A program made the translations under genes and the position numbers. Below the pieces are notes generated by a model that worked only from the letters and a program-made list of their open reading frames with translations, did not search any database and was not told the origin of the DNA. Positions 32,890-44,697 of a stretch of DNA of 64,000 bases are shown piece after piece (position 1 is the first letter of the stretch; every line of letters begins with the position of its first letter). The stretch comes from Candidatus Marinacidobacterales bacterium (GTDB lineage: Bacteria > Acidobacteriota > Vicinamibacteria > Marinacidobacterales > DATDRI01). The stretch lies in contig CBDCNP010000002.1 in the NCBI GenBank assembly GCA_965219415.1, positions 2,624,001 to 2,688,000 of the forward strand, read 5' to 3'.

Positions 32890-33183
32890 TGAACCGCTCC
32901 GGGTTTTCCGGAGATTGTTTTAGTTGAGTCTCGCCATCTCTAGCGAGCCTTCCTGCGACCGATAGTAGTTCATCTCGTACTCGACGGGGGCGACATTTCC
33001 GATCGGCTCCAAGAGTCGTTGCGTGTTGTACCAATGCACCCACTCGAGGGTGGCGAACTCGACGTCTTCGAGACCACGCCAGGGCCCACGTCGACGGATC
33101 ACCTCGGTCTTGTAGAGGCCGATGATGGATTCAGCCAAAGCGTTATCGTAAGAGTCGCCTCGGCTGCCGACGGACGGCTCAAT
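32890..33183 (-). mobile_element. IS3-family (IS51-like) right-end fragment
   Basis: Near-identical to 52959-53255. Confidence 0.9.
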
Positions 33184-35720
33184 CCGGCAAGTTCAACTGG
33201 CATGAAGCGGTCTGGCATTTGCGTGTAGCCAGTCCCTCGAGCACTGTTCCAGCAGCTCTCCGACCCCGGCCGCCTGCAACCGCTCGGCCTGGTCGAGGTG
33301 CTGGACTGGACTTCCGCCGCGCTTGACCGGGTAGACCGGTCGTCGTTCTTCACCCGCTTTAGGGAAGGCGAAGAGGTGCCTTATTTCTACGAACCGTTCC
33401 TGGAATCCTTCGACCCTCATCTGCGTAAGCAGTTGGGGGTTTGGTTACACGCCGACCGAGGTGGTGCGCTACATGGTTGCCCGCGTGGACAAGGCGCTCA
33501 AGGATGACCTCGACATTTCAGACGGGCTCGCGGCAGAGAATGTCTACGTGCTCGACCCGTGTTGTGGAACCGGAGCCTATCTCACCGAAGTGCTGCGCCG
33601 CATCGCGGCCAATCTAGAGAGAAGGGGCCTGGGTGCGCTCACGGGCGCGCGGGTCAAACAGGCTGCAATGGAGCGTGTGTTCGGTTTCGAGATCATGCCC
33701 GCACCGTTCGTCGTCTCCCATCTACAGGTCGGGATTACCATGCAAGACCTCGACGCGCCGCTGGCGGAGGACGGAGTGGAGCGCCCTGGCGTCTTCCTCA
33801 CCAATGCGCTTACCGGGTGGGAGCCGAAAACGACGAAACCACTGCCTTTCCCTGAACTGGAGGAAGAGCGCGACCGTGCGGAGCGGGTGAAGCAAGAGAC
33901 ACCCATCCTCGTGATCCTTGGCAACCCGCCCTACAACGGCTTCGCCGGTATGGCCGTGGAGGAAGAACGTGAACTTTCCGAAGCCTACCGCACGACCAAG
34001 CGCGTGCGGCGGCCCGAGGGCCAAGGCTTGAACGATCTCTATGTCCGTTTCTTTCGCATGGCGGAACGGCGCATCGTCGAGAAGACGGGCCGGGGCGTCG
34101 TCTGCTTCATCTCCAACTACTCCTGGCTCGACGGGCTGTCCTTCACGGGGATGCGGGAGCGTTACCTTGAAGCGTTCGACGCGGTCCGCGTAGACAATCT
34201 GAATGGCGACAAGTACAAGACAGGCAAGGTCGCGCCCGACGGCACATCGGACCCCAGCATTTTCTCGACGCCGGGCGATCCGGTCGGTATCCAGGTCGGA
34301 ACCGCCATCACGACACTTGTGCGCAAAGCCGACCATGCTCCGGCCGGGGAAGTTGGTTTTCGCCATCTGTGGGGACAAACCAAGTGCGCAGAACTGATGG
34401 CCACGGCGGAGGAGGCACCGGGTACGCTTTACGAAGGCGTCGAGCCGGTCCTGCCGCTCGGCTTGCCGTTCGTGCAGACAGCGGTGAGCGAGGGCTGGTT
34501 TGACTGGCCGTCGCTGCCCGATCTGTTCCCGATCTCGTTTCCTGGCGTCAAGACGAGCCGCGACGGATTTCTCGTCGACGTCGATCTGGACCGGCTCAAG
34601 GCGCGGATCGCCGATTACTTCAATACAGATGTAAGCCATGAAGAGATCGCGCGACGCTATCCGAGCGTGATGAAGACCACGGCGCGGTTTGATGCCCGAG
34701 CAATCCGCGATGCGCTGCTCGCGCGCGGCGGCCCGACCGAAGACGGTTTTGTCCGTTTCACCTACCGGCCTTTCGACAATCGCTGGCTCTATTGGGAGGC
34801 GGATACAAAGTTGCTCGACGAAAAGCGTGCAGACTACCGGCCCCATGTGTTCGAGGGAAATGTGTGGTTGTCTGCCGCGCAGCATCGGCGGAAGGGTGCC
34901 GAAGAACCGCAATCTTGTTTCACGAAGCATATGGGCTCGCTGCATCTGATCGAGCGTGGCGCACTGATGTTTCCGGTCCGGCTTCGGAATGACGGCATCG
35001 GCGGTAACGACACGAAACGGTGCCCCAACCTGTCGGGCGCGGCGCAACGCTATCTCGAACGTTCTCGGCGCGAGCGTGGAAGATCTGTTCCACCACGTCC
35101 TCGCAACCCTCCACGATCCCACCTACCGCAAGGCGAACGCCGGGGCACTGCACATGGAATGGCCGCGCATTCCGCTACCAGGTTGGCCGGACGGTGCGGT
35201 AGAGGGCGCGGCGGAGGTGCTCGCCGCGTCAGCGGTGCAGGGTCGGGATCTCGCCCGGCTGCTCGATCCGGAGACGCCCGTCCCGGGTGTCACGCAAGGC
35301 GCATTGCGGCCGGAGATTGCCGCAATCGCCGTACCCACAACGACGGACGGACACAACATGACCGGCGACGATTTTTCGGTGACGGCAGGATGGGGACACT
35401 TCGGAATTGGCGACGCCGTGATGCCTGGCCAAGGCCGGGTTGTCGAGCGTCCCTGCACGCCGGAGGAGCTGGTCGCTTTGGGCGAGACAGTTGCCACTCT
35501 CGGCGAGACGACGTTCGACGTGTATCTCAATGCCCGCGCCTTCTGGCGCAACGTCCCTGCTTCCGTCTGGCGCTACAAACTGGGCGGCTACCAGGTTCTC
35601 AAGAAATGGCTCTCCTACCGTGAGCGCTCTATCCTCGACCGTCCGCTCAAACCCGAGGAAATCCAGCATTTTGCTGACGCCGGTCGGCGGATTGCGACGA
35701 TGGCGCTTACCCCCGTTTGA
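33184..35720 (+). pseudogene. Type ISP/IIG-like N6-adenine methyltransferase with C-terminal specificity domain, 5' truncated and frameshifted
   Basis: YFYEPFLESFDP, LDPCCGTGAY, GNPPY, YRPFDNRW, YKLGGYQVLKKWLSYR. Confidence 0.85.
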
Positions 35721-36546
35721 AAACACTGCCGCTAGCCGCTTAGGAGTCTACGCCAGAGCTTTCTGAATGGTGCGTTGACGCGCCCGATCGACCCAGACCC
35801 GATTCTGCGCCGGCCCCTGCTGGGATTTTCCACGTCGCTGAAGACCCGACCTGTCGCTCGTGTCAGAAAATGCGAACGGAGCCGAAAGCTCGAATCCTGG
35901 AGGCGATCTCGAAATTCGCGGAGACCCGCCGGCGCCACCGGCGTCTTAGGAACGTGGAGAGGCTCGCTCGTGCGACTGTTTTCGAATATCCGGCTTATTT
36001 GTTCTGGACGCCAGGGCTGACCCCTAGGCGGTCGTGGAGATCCTCGCCTATTCGAACGAGGTGACACCAATACCCTAGGAGGGTGACCTTACGACCGGCG
36101 ATTCGAGTTCCCCAGTACGCGCAGGAAAACACCGTCCAGAAAAAAATGCCACGTTCCGAAGCGAAGCTCTGGATCCGGGCCTGGGGAAAGATGGACATCA
36201 AGGAAGCCTGGGCCGCAACTGGACCAGAACGTGCTAGCCGGCTACGCCACGGTAGCTCTGGCCTCGATTCTGGACCCCTCGGGTGACCTCTTTTTGGCGG
36301 CCGCACGACCCGGTCAGCGCCCGTTCTCCTATTTGGGCGCAAACATGGCACTCGAAAATCGAGATTAGAGACGAATACCGAAAATGAGGCCCATTCAGCC
36401 CTTCTAGCGCGTCTCTGGTGCCACCTGATCCTGCAAAACGCCGCCAACCGCGCGGAAAATCTCACCCGTCTCTGCAGTGCCACAATTTGCCAGACTGGGT
36501 GGCGGATGGTGCAGTTTGGAGCTAGCCGGTCTCAGCTGGCAGCCAT

Positions 36547-36710
36547 GAATAACAGGGAATTTAGGCTATTTGGGGGCTGATTGGGCCGTTTTTTGCATGT
36601 GGTAACCCTCTATATTTCAGATGGTTAGATAGCAATTCCCTGTTCCGAAATAGCAGGGAATTTGAGATGACCGAACAGGGAATTGCTCTGGAAGAACAGG
36701 GAATTGAGAT
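36547..36710. repeat. CAGGGAATT repeat cluster (probable mobile-element end)
   Basis: Four direct and one inverted CAGGGAATT; inverted near-identical copy at 59197-59325. Confidence 0.75.
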
Positions 36711-36799
36711 GAGCAGCACGTGACGGGTTGGTTAAAGAAGGGTGCGATGAAGTCCCGCCCGGAGTTGCGTCTGATTCCCAAGCTCAGGCGATACACCCA

Positions 36800-37441
36800 T
36801 CAGGGCAACCTTGTGCCATTCCTCGGAGGAGGCGTGGGTAGCATCGCCCAGCTAATGCACCGCTCGGCATCATCAAGCCAACTTGCCGCACCGGGATCCT
36901 TAAGCAGGGGTAGTCCAAGCTTGACCAGACAACAAGGCAAATCCAACTCCTCCGGTAGCTCCGTCCCCAACCAGCGCACGCCCTTTGCTGCGCCCTCAAT
37001 CGTCCAGGCTGTCACGCACTGAACCATGACCCGGTGCTCGGGTCCCTGGATGAGCCACCCCACTGCGCCGACCCAGGTGTTCCTGATGCTTAGAAAGTAT
37101 TCGGGGAATCCGGGTAACGGCACCGCTTGCCCGCCGGTGGCCACCTTGATGATGGACTGCAACGCAGCCAATGTCTCGGAGCGAACATCCGAGCGTGGCA
37201 TCTGGAACACGTGGTGCGTCGATAGGTGGTAGTGGTGCATCATCGACTCGCTGGCGAAGGAATGTCCAAGGGTAGCAACCCGTTCGCCAACATCTCCCTC
37301 GCCCGTTGGCTCCTCCGGCCGAATTGGTGGGGGTTCTGGAACCTGCAATGCTTTGGTTTCCGTCGGATTCTCAGTGTCCGCCTTCGCCCGCTTTTTACGC
37401 CGGGCACGTCGCCAGCGTGCATCCGTCGTTCGGTAGGACAT
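36800..37441 (-). CDS. Hypothetical protein downstream of HU
   Basis: MSYRTTDARWRRARRKKRAK...; 3' part duplicated at 60199-60710. Confidence 0.55.
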   Translation of the reverse strand: MSYRTTDARWRRARRKKRAKADTENPTETKALQVPEPPPIRPEEPTGEGDVGERVATLGHSFASESMMHHYHLSTHHVFQMPRSDVRSETLAALQSIIKVATGGQAVPLPGFPEYFLSIRNTWVGAVGWLIQGPEHRVMVQCVTAWTIEGAAKGVRWLGTELPEELDLPCCLVKLGLPLLKDPGAASWLDDAERCISWAMLPTPPPRNGTRLP

Positions 37442-37461
37442 TCCGAGGCGTCGCTTGTGAG

Positions 37462-37761
37462 CTACTTCTTCGGTGAGACGACGGCGTCCAGGCAAGCTTT
37501 CGCTACTCGAAACTTGACTACCGTCTTTTTCGGGATTCGAATCTGTTCGCCGGTCCGGGGGTTGTGTCCCTTGCGCGCCTTTCGTTGCGCCTTCACGAGT
37601 TTTCCAATTCCGGGAATGATGAACTGGCCCGTCCGCTTCGTCTCTTTCGCCGCGAGATCGGCAATCGACTTGAACCATGCCGCGGCCTGCTTTTTCGGAA
37701 CCTGCATCGCTTCCGACATCTGGGCCACGATTTGGGTTTTGGTCATGGGTTTTTTCGCCAT
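37462..37761 (-). CDS. hup: HU family DNA-binding protein
   Basis: MTKTQIV, IPGIGKL, RKARKGHNPRTGEQIRIP..TVVKFR; RBS GGAGGAG. Confidence 0.95.
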   Translation of the reverse strand: MAKKPMTKTQIVAQMSEAMQVPKKQAAAWFKSIADLAAKETKRTGQFIIPGIGKLVKAQRKARKGHNPRTGEQIRIPKKTVVKFRVAKACLDAVVSPKK

Positions 37762-37917
37762 TCCTCAAGTCTCCTCCGTTTTGAAGCTAACTCAACGTTA
37801 GCCGGTGCACCCACCGCGTGGGCGACCGGAGGTTGGTGCTCGAGCTTCGAGCGAAACTCAAACGGCACTATTTTAGTGGCGTTACACGAAGTTAGCAAGC
37901 CAGAACGGTGTTGGTGC

Positions 37918-38082
37918 GGTGCTTCCGCCATTAAGTGTTGGTGAGATGACGCTAAGATTTTACGGTGCATTAATTACAGCTAAAATAGAGCTCGTGACCT
38001 TCGCTGCGCGCTAAATAGAGCGTAAGCGCCTCTTTTGCAAAGGGATGCGTACACATCACCAACAGTAAACAGCGCAAGCACC
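37918..38082. mobile_element. Type B1 MITE, complete
   Basis: GGTGCTTCCGCCATTAAGTG ... AAACAGCGCAAGCACC. Confidence 0.9.
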
Positions 38083-38117
38083 GCGCGGGTTAGACCTACC
38101 ATAGTCGGCTGCTTCTG

Positions 38118-38248
38118 GCCGATTTTCTTTTTTGCGGATCACAAGAGACGAGAGCGCGAACAAACGACAAAATCATGCCGGCATGGTCCCGGCAGACCGG
38201 AGACTAATCAAGTTCGGTGCGCCCGGATGAATAAATAGAAGGCACAGG
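38118..38248. repeat. E end followed by extended C end
   Basis: TTTTTTGCGGATCACA; 38150-38248 is the reverse complement of 12975-13070. Confidence 0.8.
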
Positions 38249-38578
38249 TGGCTCAAACTGTTAAGCGACGAGCGGCGGAAGAAAATCTCGGACGAGGTCC
38301 GAACGGCCAAGGAGAAAGACGAGTTTGTCAGCGAGATCGTGTTCGCTCAACTCTCGGACAAGGCCACGATCGTACGCAAGCAGAGGCTGGTCTCTGGCAG
38401 TGGGACACAACTGCGACGCGATTTCAAAGACATCTGTAAGCTGCGCGATTACATCGCTCATGCAAACTACTATGCCGAGAAACCTGAAGCTGCTCGTCAA
38501 GTCTGCGAGGTTGTCAAGAAGATTCGCCGGATCCAAAAGGACCTGCTTACGGAAATCGAAGATCAATCACTCCCCTGA
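38249..38578 (+). pseudogene. C-terminal fragment of a HEPN-like protein
   Basis: FAQLSDKATIV...LRDYIAHAN (RxxxxH); bounded by C and A ends. Confidence 0.55.
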
Positions 38579-38597
38579 AGAGATCGGCCGTGGAGCC

Positions 38598-38827
38598 CGT
38601 CCTGTGCCAAAACTCGGCCCTTTTGAAATAGACCATAAATCAGCATCTTGGTGTCTGTGTTCGCGACCGGGCCAAGGGCCGTAGGCTTTACAATCGTCTG
38701 GCCCGAGGGAGCCTCTCCACGTTCATAAGACGCCGGTGGCGTCGTCGGGTCGATCGGCGCGAAAGCAGCTGAACATGGCAGGTCTAAACCGCGCAATCAA
38801 CGCTGGATCGACTTTTTGCGGAGCACA
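38598..38827. mobile_element. Hybrid A-F mini-element
   Basis: CGTCCTGTGCC ... GATCGACTTTTTGCGGAGCACA. Confidence 0.85.
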
Positions 38828-39135
38828 GTGAGCATCGAAAAGTCCACCACCCCCGGTGGGAGGAGCGCACGTAGGCAAAGACCATGTACCCACGCCCACG
38901 GTCGGCGAAGCGGGCAACTGGCAAGCGAGAGCGGTCACTGCGAGGCACCCGAGAGTTTCATGCGGTCGATATACTCAAGGAACTCGATCTTGCGGCTGAA
39001 ACGGTGGACATTCTTGGCGATTCGGCGAAAGACCTGAAGGCCGTGATGAGCGAATCGGGTCACGACCTCACCCTCGTCGATCTCAGCGCCGTGATGGACG
39101 AACCGTGACCGAAGTGAGTAGGCTTCCTTAACATC

Positions 39136-40570
39136 GAAAGTGTGCCAATCTCAGTTGGGAATTGAAACGGCTCCAAACCCCGTGGTTTGATGGCGTTGGA
39201 CAAAACAAAATCAAGCCGCGAAGAAAGGAGCCGAGATGGGAAGTCTGCTACGTTCGGTCAAGAAACGCAAGAAGTCGCGTCGTTTGGGTGAGGTCGAGAT
39301 GGTGAGGCACGAGGATTACGGGGAACTCGCGCTGGACGCCAAGGTAGAGATGATCCGTTGGTTGGTCCCCCTTGGTCTAATGCACGTTCACGAGTTGCTC
39401 GACGACGAAGTGAAGGCGTTGGCGGGAGAGCGATACTCTCGCAAGGACGAGCTGGAGCGCGGTCGCCGTCCCGGAAGCAACCCGGGCACGGTAGGGCTTG
39501 GCGGCCAGCGGGTACCGATCCGTGTGCCACGGGTTCGGAGCATCGAGGGAGGAGAGATTCCGCTTCGCTGCTACGAGGCGGTGAGCCACGGCGGTGAGGT
39601 GAATGATCTTCTGCTGAAACGAGTTCTCTACGGAATCTCTTGTCGCAACTACGAGGCGGCAGCGGAAGCGATTCCGGGCGCCATCGGGCTGTCGAGCTCA
39701 ACGGTGTCCCGAGGGTTCGTGCAAGCGAGCGCTGCGAAGCTGCGGGAGATGCAGGAACGGGATCTGACCGGCGAGGATGTGGTGGCGCTGTTTCTGGATG
39801 GGAAGACATTCGCCGAGGCAACGATGGTCGTGGCTCTGGGCATCACGCTTTGCGGGGAAAAACGCTTCTTGGGCTTCGTGGAGACGGACACGGAGAACGC
39901 GCAGGTGTTGACGCCGTTCCTGCGTTCACTGCTCGAGCGGGGACTCGATATCTCCCAGGGTCTGCTGGTGATCATCGACGGCGGCAAGGGTCTCCAAGCG
40001 GCAGTCAAGAAGGCATTCCGTAAGCGGGCCCTGATACAACGCTGCCAGTGGCACAAACGTGAAAACGTAGTGAGCTACCTGTCCAAGGGCGAGCAGGCGT
40101 CATGGCGCAAGCGGCTCCAGTGGGCCTACAACAGGCCGGAGTACGAAGAGGCCCTCACTGCGCTCGAGCAACTCCACGGTGAGTTAGAAGAGCGGAACCA
40201 ATCCGCAGCTGGCAGCCTGGAGGAAGGCCTCGAGGAGACGCTGACGTTGCATCGACTCGGCGTGCACGCGGTGCTGGGCCGTTCGTTCAAGACGACGAAC
40301 TGCCTTGAGTCCGTCAATGCTCTCGTCGAGGAACGCTGCGCGAAGGTCGACCACTGGAAGAACTCGAGCCAACGCCAGCGCTGGTTGGCAACGGCGCTCG
40401 TAGACATCGAACCGCGCTTGAGGAAGGTGGTGGGCTACCGCCATCTTCCCAAGCTTCGCGAAGCTCTCAAGCGGGAACTGAAGATCGAGGCGAAGACATC
40501 AACCGTATCGAAGAAGAAGGTCGCTTAAACGTGAGCCGTGGAGAGTTTCAACTAAGAATGGGCTTGACTC
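39136..40570 (+). mobile_element. Complete IS256-family element with 8-bp TSD
   Basis: TTAACATC at 39128-39135 and 40571-40578; imperfect TIR. Confidence 0.9.
39236..40528 (+). CDS. IS256-family transposase
   Basis: RVPRVR, LFLDG, IIDGGKGL, QRCQWHK, TTNCLES. Confidence 0.95.
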   Translation: MGSLLRSVKKRKKSRRLGEVEMVRHEDYGELALDAKVEMIRWLVPLGLMHVHELLDDEVKALAGERYSRKDELERGRRPGSNPGTVGLGGQRVPIRVPRVRSIEGGEIPLRCYEAVSHGGEVNDLLLKRVLYGISCRNYEAAAEAIPGAIGLSSSTVSRGFVQASAAKLREMQERDLTGEDVVALFLDGKTFAEATMVVALGITLCGEKRFLGFVETDTENAQVLTPFLRSLLERGLDISQGLLVIIDGGKGLQAAVKKAFRKRALIQRCQWHKRENVVSYLSKGEQASWRKRLQWAYNRPEYEEALTALEQLHGELEERNQSAAGSLEEGLEETLTLHRLGVHAVLGRSFKTTNCLESVNALVEERCAKVDHWKNSSQRQRWLATALVDIEPRLRKVVGYRHLPKLREALKRELKIEAKTSTVSKKKVA

Positions 40571-40609
40571 TTAACATCCTTCAAGGCGGCCGTCCGTTCC
40601 TGTACCGTG

Positions 40610-41734
40610 TCATAGGCAAACATCGCTAGTCGTTCGCTCAAGTTGTGAAGAAATAGGCTCCGAACTGTCTCGAAGCAGAATCGATTCCAGCCCGGCGCAG
40701 TACCAGATCATCTTCTCTCTGAGATCTGGCGTGAGTGCCGCCCGACCGAACGTGACCAAACCCATCAGAAGTGCCTCCTCGAACTCGGTGCGTGAGGCAC
40801 GCGCGAGGATATCGCAAACTTCCGAGAGGCAGACATCGAGCAAAATGTCACGCAGTTCGTCGCTAAGTACCATCGTCCTCGGGTGGTCAATGATCGCCCC
40901 GGAAGTGCTCAGCAACTTCCCCGTGGGGTCGGTAACGAAAACGCGGTTCGCCCGCCGCGGTGCGTAACCCCAGCGAGAAACCCTTGATGTGACCCCAGGG
41001 GGTGTGAAGAAGCGAAGCACACCGACCGCCAACTCAACTCGCTCACAGGCGATTTCTTGTGCTCGAATCGGCTCTCCGAAGACGCTGGTCTCCGCTACTG
41101 CGAGACCCTGAAAGTCTTGGCGCATCGATCGGCACAACTCAGCATGTGCTCCGGCAGACGGGCTATCAACCTGCTTGGATTCAAGCTCTTCGAAGATGTG
41201 CTCTGGGAAGGTCGACAGCGTGACCGATCCGAGCGTCAGCGGGGACTGCACATGGAGATCAGACACCGGGAAGAGTAGTCGGTGTTCTGCTGCCGCGCTC
41301 TCCAACGCCTGTAAGAGGTAGTCTACGCACCCCGTGGAACCCTGTCCACGGTGGCGCTCCATCACCCACTCGAAGATCTGCGTGCGCAAGAACTCAACAC
41401 TCGCCGTTGACTGGAACGGTCGGACCCTGGCCATCGACAACGCGAGGGCCTCCAGCTTCTCGTAGTCCGGTCCGATCAGACCTGTGCGCAAGCCTCCAGG
41501 CTCGGCGACGGCGATACCCGTTGGCCTTCCGTGGCGGTCCCGCCAGCCCAGATGGACATCGCCGTCGATGTCTGCGTCGGTAAGCGTTGGCCCCGTGAAA
41601 ACGTTTGGTGTGAAGCTAGGGCGTTCCCGAGAAGGGGCATCTCGGAACGTAGCAACACGGCCGAGTAGACTCCGTCCCAGCTCTTCGAACCGCCTTCTGG
41701 CATCCGCGTGCAACTGCTCGCTCAGGTGGCCCAT
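40610..41734 (-). CDS. Hypothetical protein downstream of R-M operon, possibly ApeA/HEPN-type, likely 3' truncated
   Basis: 374-aa ORF ending shortly after MIWYCAGLESILL. Confidence 0.5.
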   Translation of the reverse strand: MGHLSEQLHADARRRFEELGRSLLGRVATFRDAPSRERPSFTPNVFTGPTLTDADIDGDVHLGWRDRHGRPTGIAVAEPGGLRTGLIGPDYEKLEALALSMARVRPFQSTASVEFLRTQIFEWVMERHRGQGSTGCVDYLLQALESAAAEHRLLFPVSDLHVQSPLTLGSVTLSTFPEHIFEELESKQVDSPSAGAHAELCRSMRQDFQGLAVAETSVFGEPIRAQEIACERVELAVGVLRFFTPPGVTSRVSRWGYAPRRANRVFVTDPTGKLLSTSGAIIDHPRTMVLSDELRDILLDVCLSEVCDILARASRTEFEEALLMGLVTFGRAALTPDLREKMIWYCAGLESILLRDSSEPISSQLERTTSDVCL

Positions 41735-41870
41735 GGCGTAGGGTTCTCTCGCGGGAAGAGTCGGCGTCTCGGAGCACTACCGCGCCGGTCTGTGCCGCCG
41801 GCGTGCGCGGAGCACGACGGTCCGAAGACGGATGGTCCTGCGCCGTGTACCCGGTGCATGTGCGGTAGTC

Positions 41871-43051
41871 TCATGCAAGAGTGCCACGCGCCGACCCGTC
41901 GCTCCGGAACATCTCAGACGTGAGAGAAGTCATCGGGGTAGCAGCAACTCCCGTGCTGGACTCCCCCACGTGGGCGACCGCGCGCGCCGCATCGACGATC
42001 TCCGCGAATCGGCGTTGAAGATCGAGCGATGGAAGAAACACGCCGCAGGTTCTCACATCGGAGGTTGTAATGGTGTTGAGACCGGACGTGGTCTTACCAC
42101 GTCGCAGCAGGTGCTGGCGCCCGGACGACGAATTCAGGTAGGCAGCGGCGAATGCGGGCACAAGCCGGGAATTGTCAGGGCGCGCCCGGATGAGGTGGTT
42201 TTGGTGCACACAGCTCCGGATGTGACCATCCCATACCGCGACCCTGCCGATCTCGTTGGCGTTTCCGTGGCCCTCGACGATCAACAAGTCGCCTTGCACC
42301 AACCGGGTTCGCATGAGTTCACTTTCGGTGAGACGGATGAGCTTGATGTCGTCAAGAGCAAGCCGATCTCGAAGCACGTTCGCTACTCTGAGATACGGCG
42401 CTTCCATCGGGTAGACGCTTCGCTTCTTCGTGACCTGCAGCCCTCCCTGCACGTCGCACACGTCGCCAATCCCGCGTTGTGGCCAGCGCATGGGGTTCCG
42501 GCCTGGATCCCCGAACATCCTGATGAACAGCGCCGGCACGAACTCCCGCCAACACTCCGCGGTTCGCTTCCGCAGCCTCTCGATCCTGGCGGCCCGGTTC
42601 AGGATGTCCACGATCCGCCTCTGCTCGTCGAGCGGGAGAAGAGGAATTGGAAGTGATTTGAGATCCTTTTGCCTTCGTAGCGATTGGGTGCTTCCTTGTC
42701 CTTTGGCAACGAGTTGGGGTTCGCGGTACTTGATCATCCAGTGCACGAAATCACGGAGCGCTACAGTTTCATCGGGACGAACAGCCGCCAAGCCTCCGCC
42801 CGATGCAGCATCGCTCTCCTGCGATATTTGTAGGACCTATCGGAGCACGAACTGAAATGAGGATGTCGCCAGCTTCGGCGATCTTCCTCGGGGCCACACA
42901 CCACTTCCGAGCGATAGGACTAACCTTCTCCGAAGTCTGCCTTTCCCTGAAAAAAAGGTAAACCCAAGCCGTTCTCGTTGTGTGTACTGCCCGGAGGCGA
43001 CTGGCCAGCGGTGATAGTCGCGACTTCTCCGAGCGGGACTACATCTATACT
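41871..43051 (-). pseudogene. hsdS: Type I R-M S subunit, frameshifted
   Basis: ISVRAPIGPTN, IPLLPLDEQRRIV, MFGDP, VHQNHLIRAR. Confidence 0.85.
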
Positions 43052-44678
43052 CATGTACCAGCCGCCTCCCGCACCGCATCGGCCAGTTCGTCGATCTCCC
43101 CAAGAATATCCGTCTCAATGGCCCGCAATTCATCCAGGATTTCCAGCGGGTCGCGGTGTTCGACCTTCGAGCGATTCTGCGGCCGGTGGCGCCCTGCGCT
43201 CAAGTTGAAGTCGGTAGCACGAATAGCGTCAGCTCCAGCGAACCACCACTTTTCGGTCCAGTCGGCATCCGGGTCGCGGTTTCTCCATTGCTGTCGGCGC
43301 TCCTCCCGGTCTCGGAACGCCGCGATCAGCCCGGGCAGATCGTCCTCCTCAATCGGGGTGTCGTGGTTGGCGTCGAGCTTGAAACCGTCATTGTCGGCGT
43401 GCAGGAACATCACCCGCTGGGTCGCGCCGCCCTTGCGAAAGACCAGCACCGAGGTCTTGACGCCGGAATAGGGATTGAATACTCCTCCCGGCAGGGAGAG
43501 CACAGCCTCGACCGTGTTGTTCTCGACCAGTCGGCGGCGCAGCTCCTTGTGCGCTCCGGTCGAGCCGAACAGCACGCCTTCGGGCACCACGACACCGCAG
43601 CGACCGCCCTCCCTCAGGTGGTTCAGCATGTATTGCAGGAACAGAAGCTCGGTCTGCGCCGTGCGGCCAATTTTGACTTCCTCGACGATGCGGTCCTTGT
43701 CCAACCGCCCGGAAAAGGGGGGATTGGCCAGGATGACATCGAACCCATGCCCCGGCAGACCAAGCTCTGCCTTGGCAGTACGGTCAAGGGAACGGGTCAA
43801 TGCGTCTCGGCGCAGAACGCGCACCTTCTCCAGACCACGCAGGGTTCAGGTTCATGGTCGCAAGGCGGACCATCTGCGGGTCCACATCGGCCCCATAGAA
43901 GGTCGCGTCGTGAAGTCGGCGCACCGCGTCCCGGCTCAGCATATCGCCGAGGCCGCGCCGGGCCGCCTTGCCATCGGCTTCGACTTCCTCGATGCCGGCG
44001 GGTGACGAATTCGCCAGCCGGATGTGGTCCCATGCGCCGACCAGAAATCCGGCCGTACCCGCTGCCGGGTCGAAGATCGTCTCCCCGATCCGGGGATCGA
44101 CAAGCTGGACCAGGGCACGGATCACATGGCGAGGGGTACGGAACTGGCCGAGTTCGCCCGCTTGCCGGATCTGGCGCAGCACGTGCTCGAACAGGTCGCC
44201 TTTCGTGTCTGCGTCTACCCGGTCAAGATGCAGGTCGTTCAACTTGGCTGACCACTTGGGTGAGCACCGTCGGCTCATCAATCACCAGCCGCGCTCCGTC
44301 CATGAAGTCCGTAACGCCTCTGGCCGCAAGTTCGGCATGAAACGGAAAGACTTCCTCCCGCACCCAGTTCACTAAGCGCTCGCCGTTGAGCGCATACGCC
44401 CAGGAGGATCAACGCAGGAGTTCGCGCGGAACGACCTCAACACCTGGCTCGCGGGCATTGCGCGGGTTGCGCAGGTTCCAGTTGCCCTCGAAGGCACTGA
44501 CGTGGGGTTCAGCGCCCGGCCGCCTCGCGGCACGCACGCGCGCAGCGTCCGCCGCCTCGTACATGTAAAAGTAGATCAGAAAGCTCAGTTGTTCGGCGTT
44601 CTGGGCGGGGTTTGGGTAACCACCGCCGAACAGGTAGTCGCGGATGCGGTCGATCCCGTGCCGAAGTTCAGGAGTCAT
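43051..44678 (-). pseudogene. hsdM: Type I R-M M subunit with premature stop and frameshifts
   Basis: GQFRTPRH, DPAAGTAGF, ANPPF, VVPEGVLF split over frames; TGA near 44409. Confidence 0.9.
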
Positions 44679-44697
44679 GGGCATCTGAATGCTCTCG

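Noticed and set aside
36495-36535. tRNA gene
   Set aside because: Only a short tRNA-end-like motif; no cloverleaf could be built.
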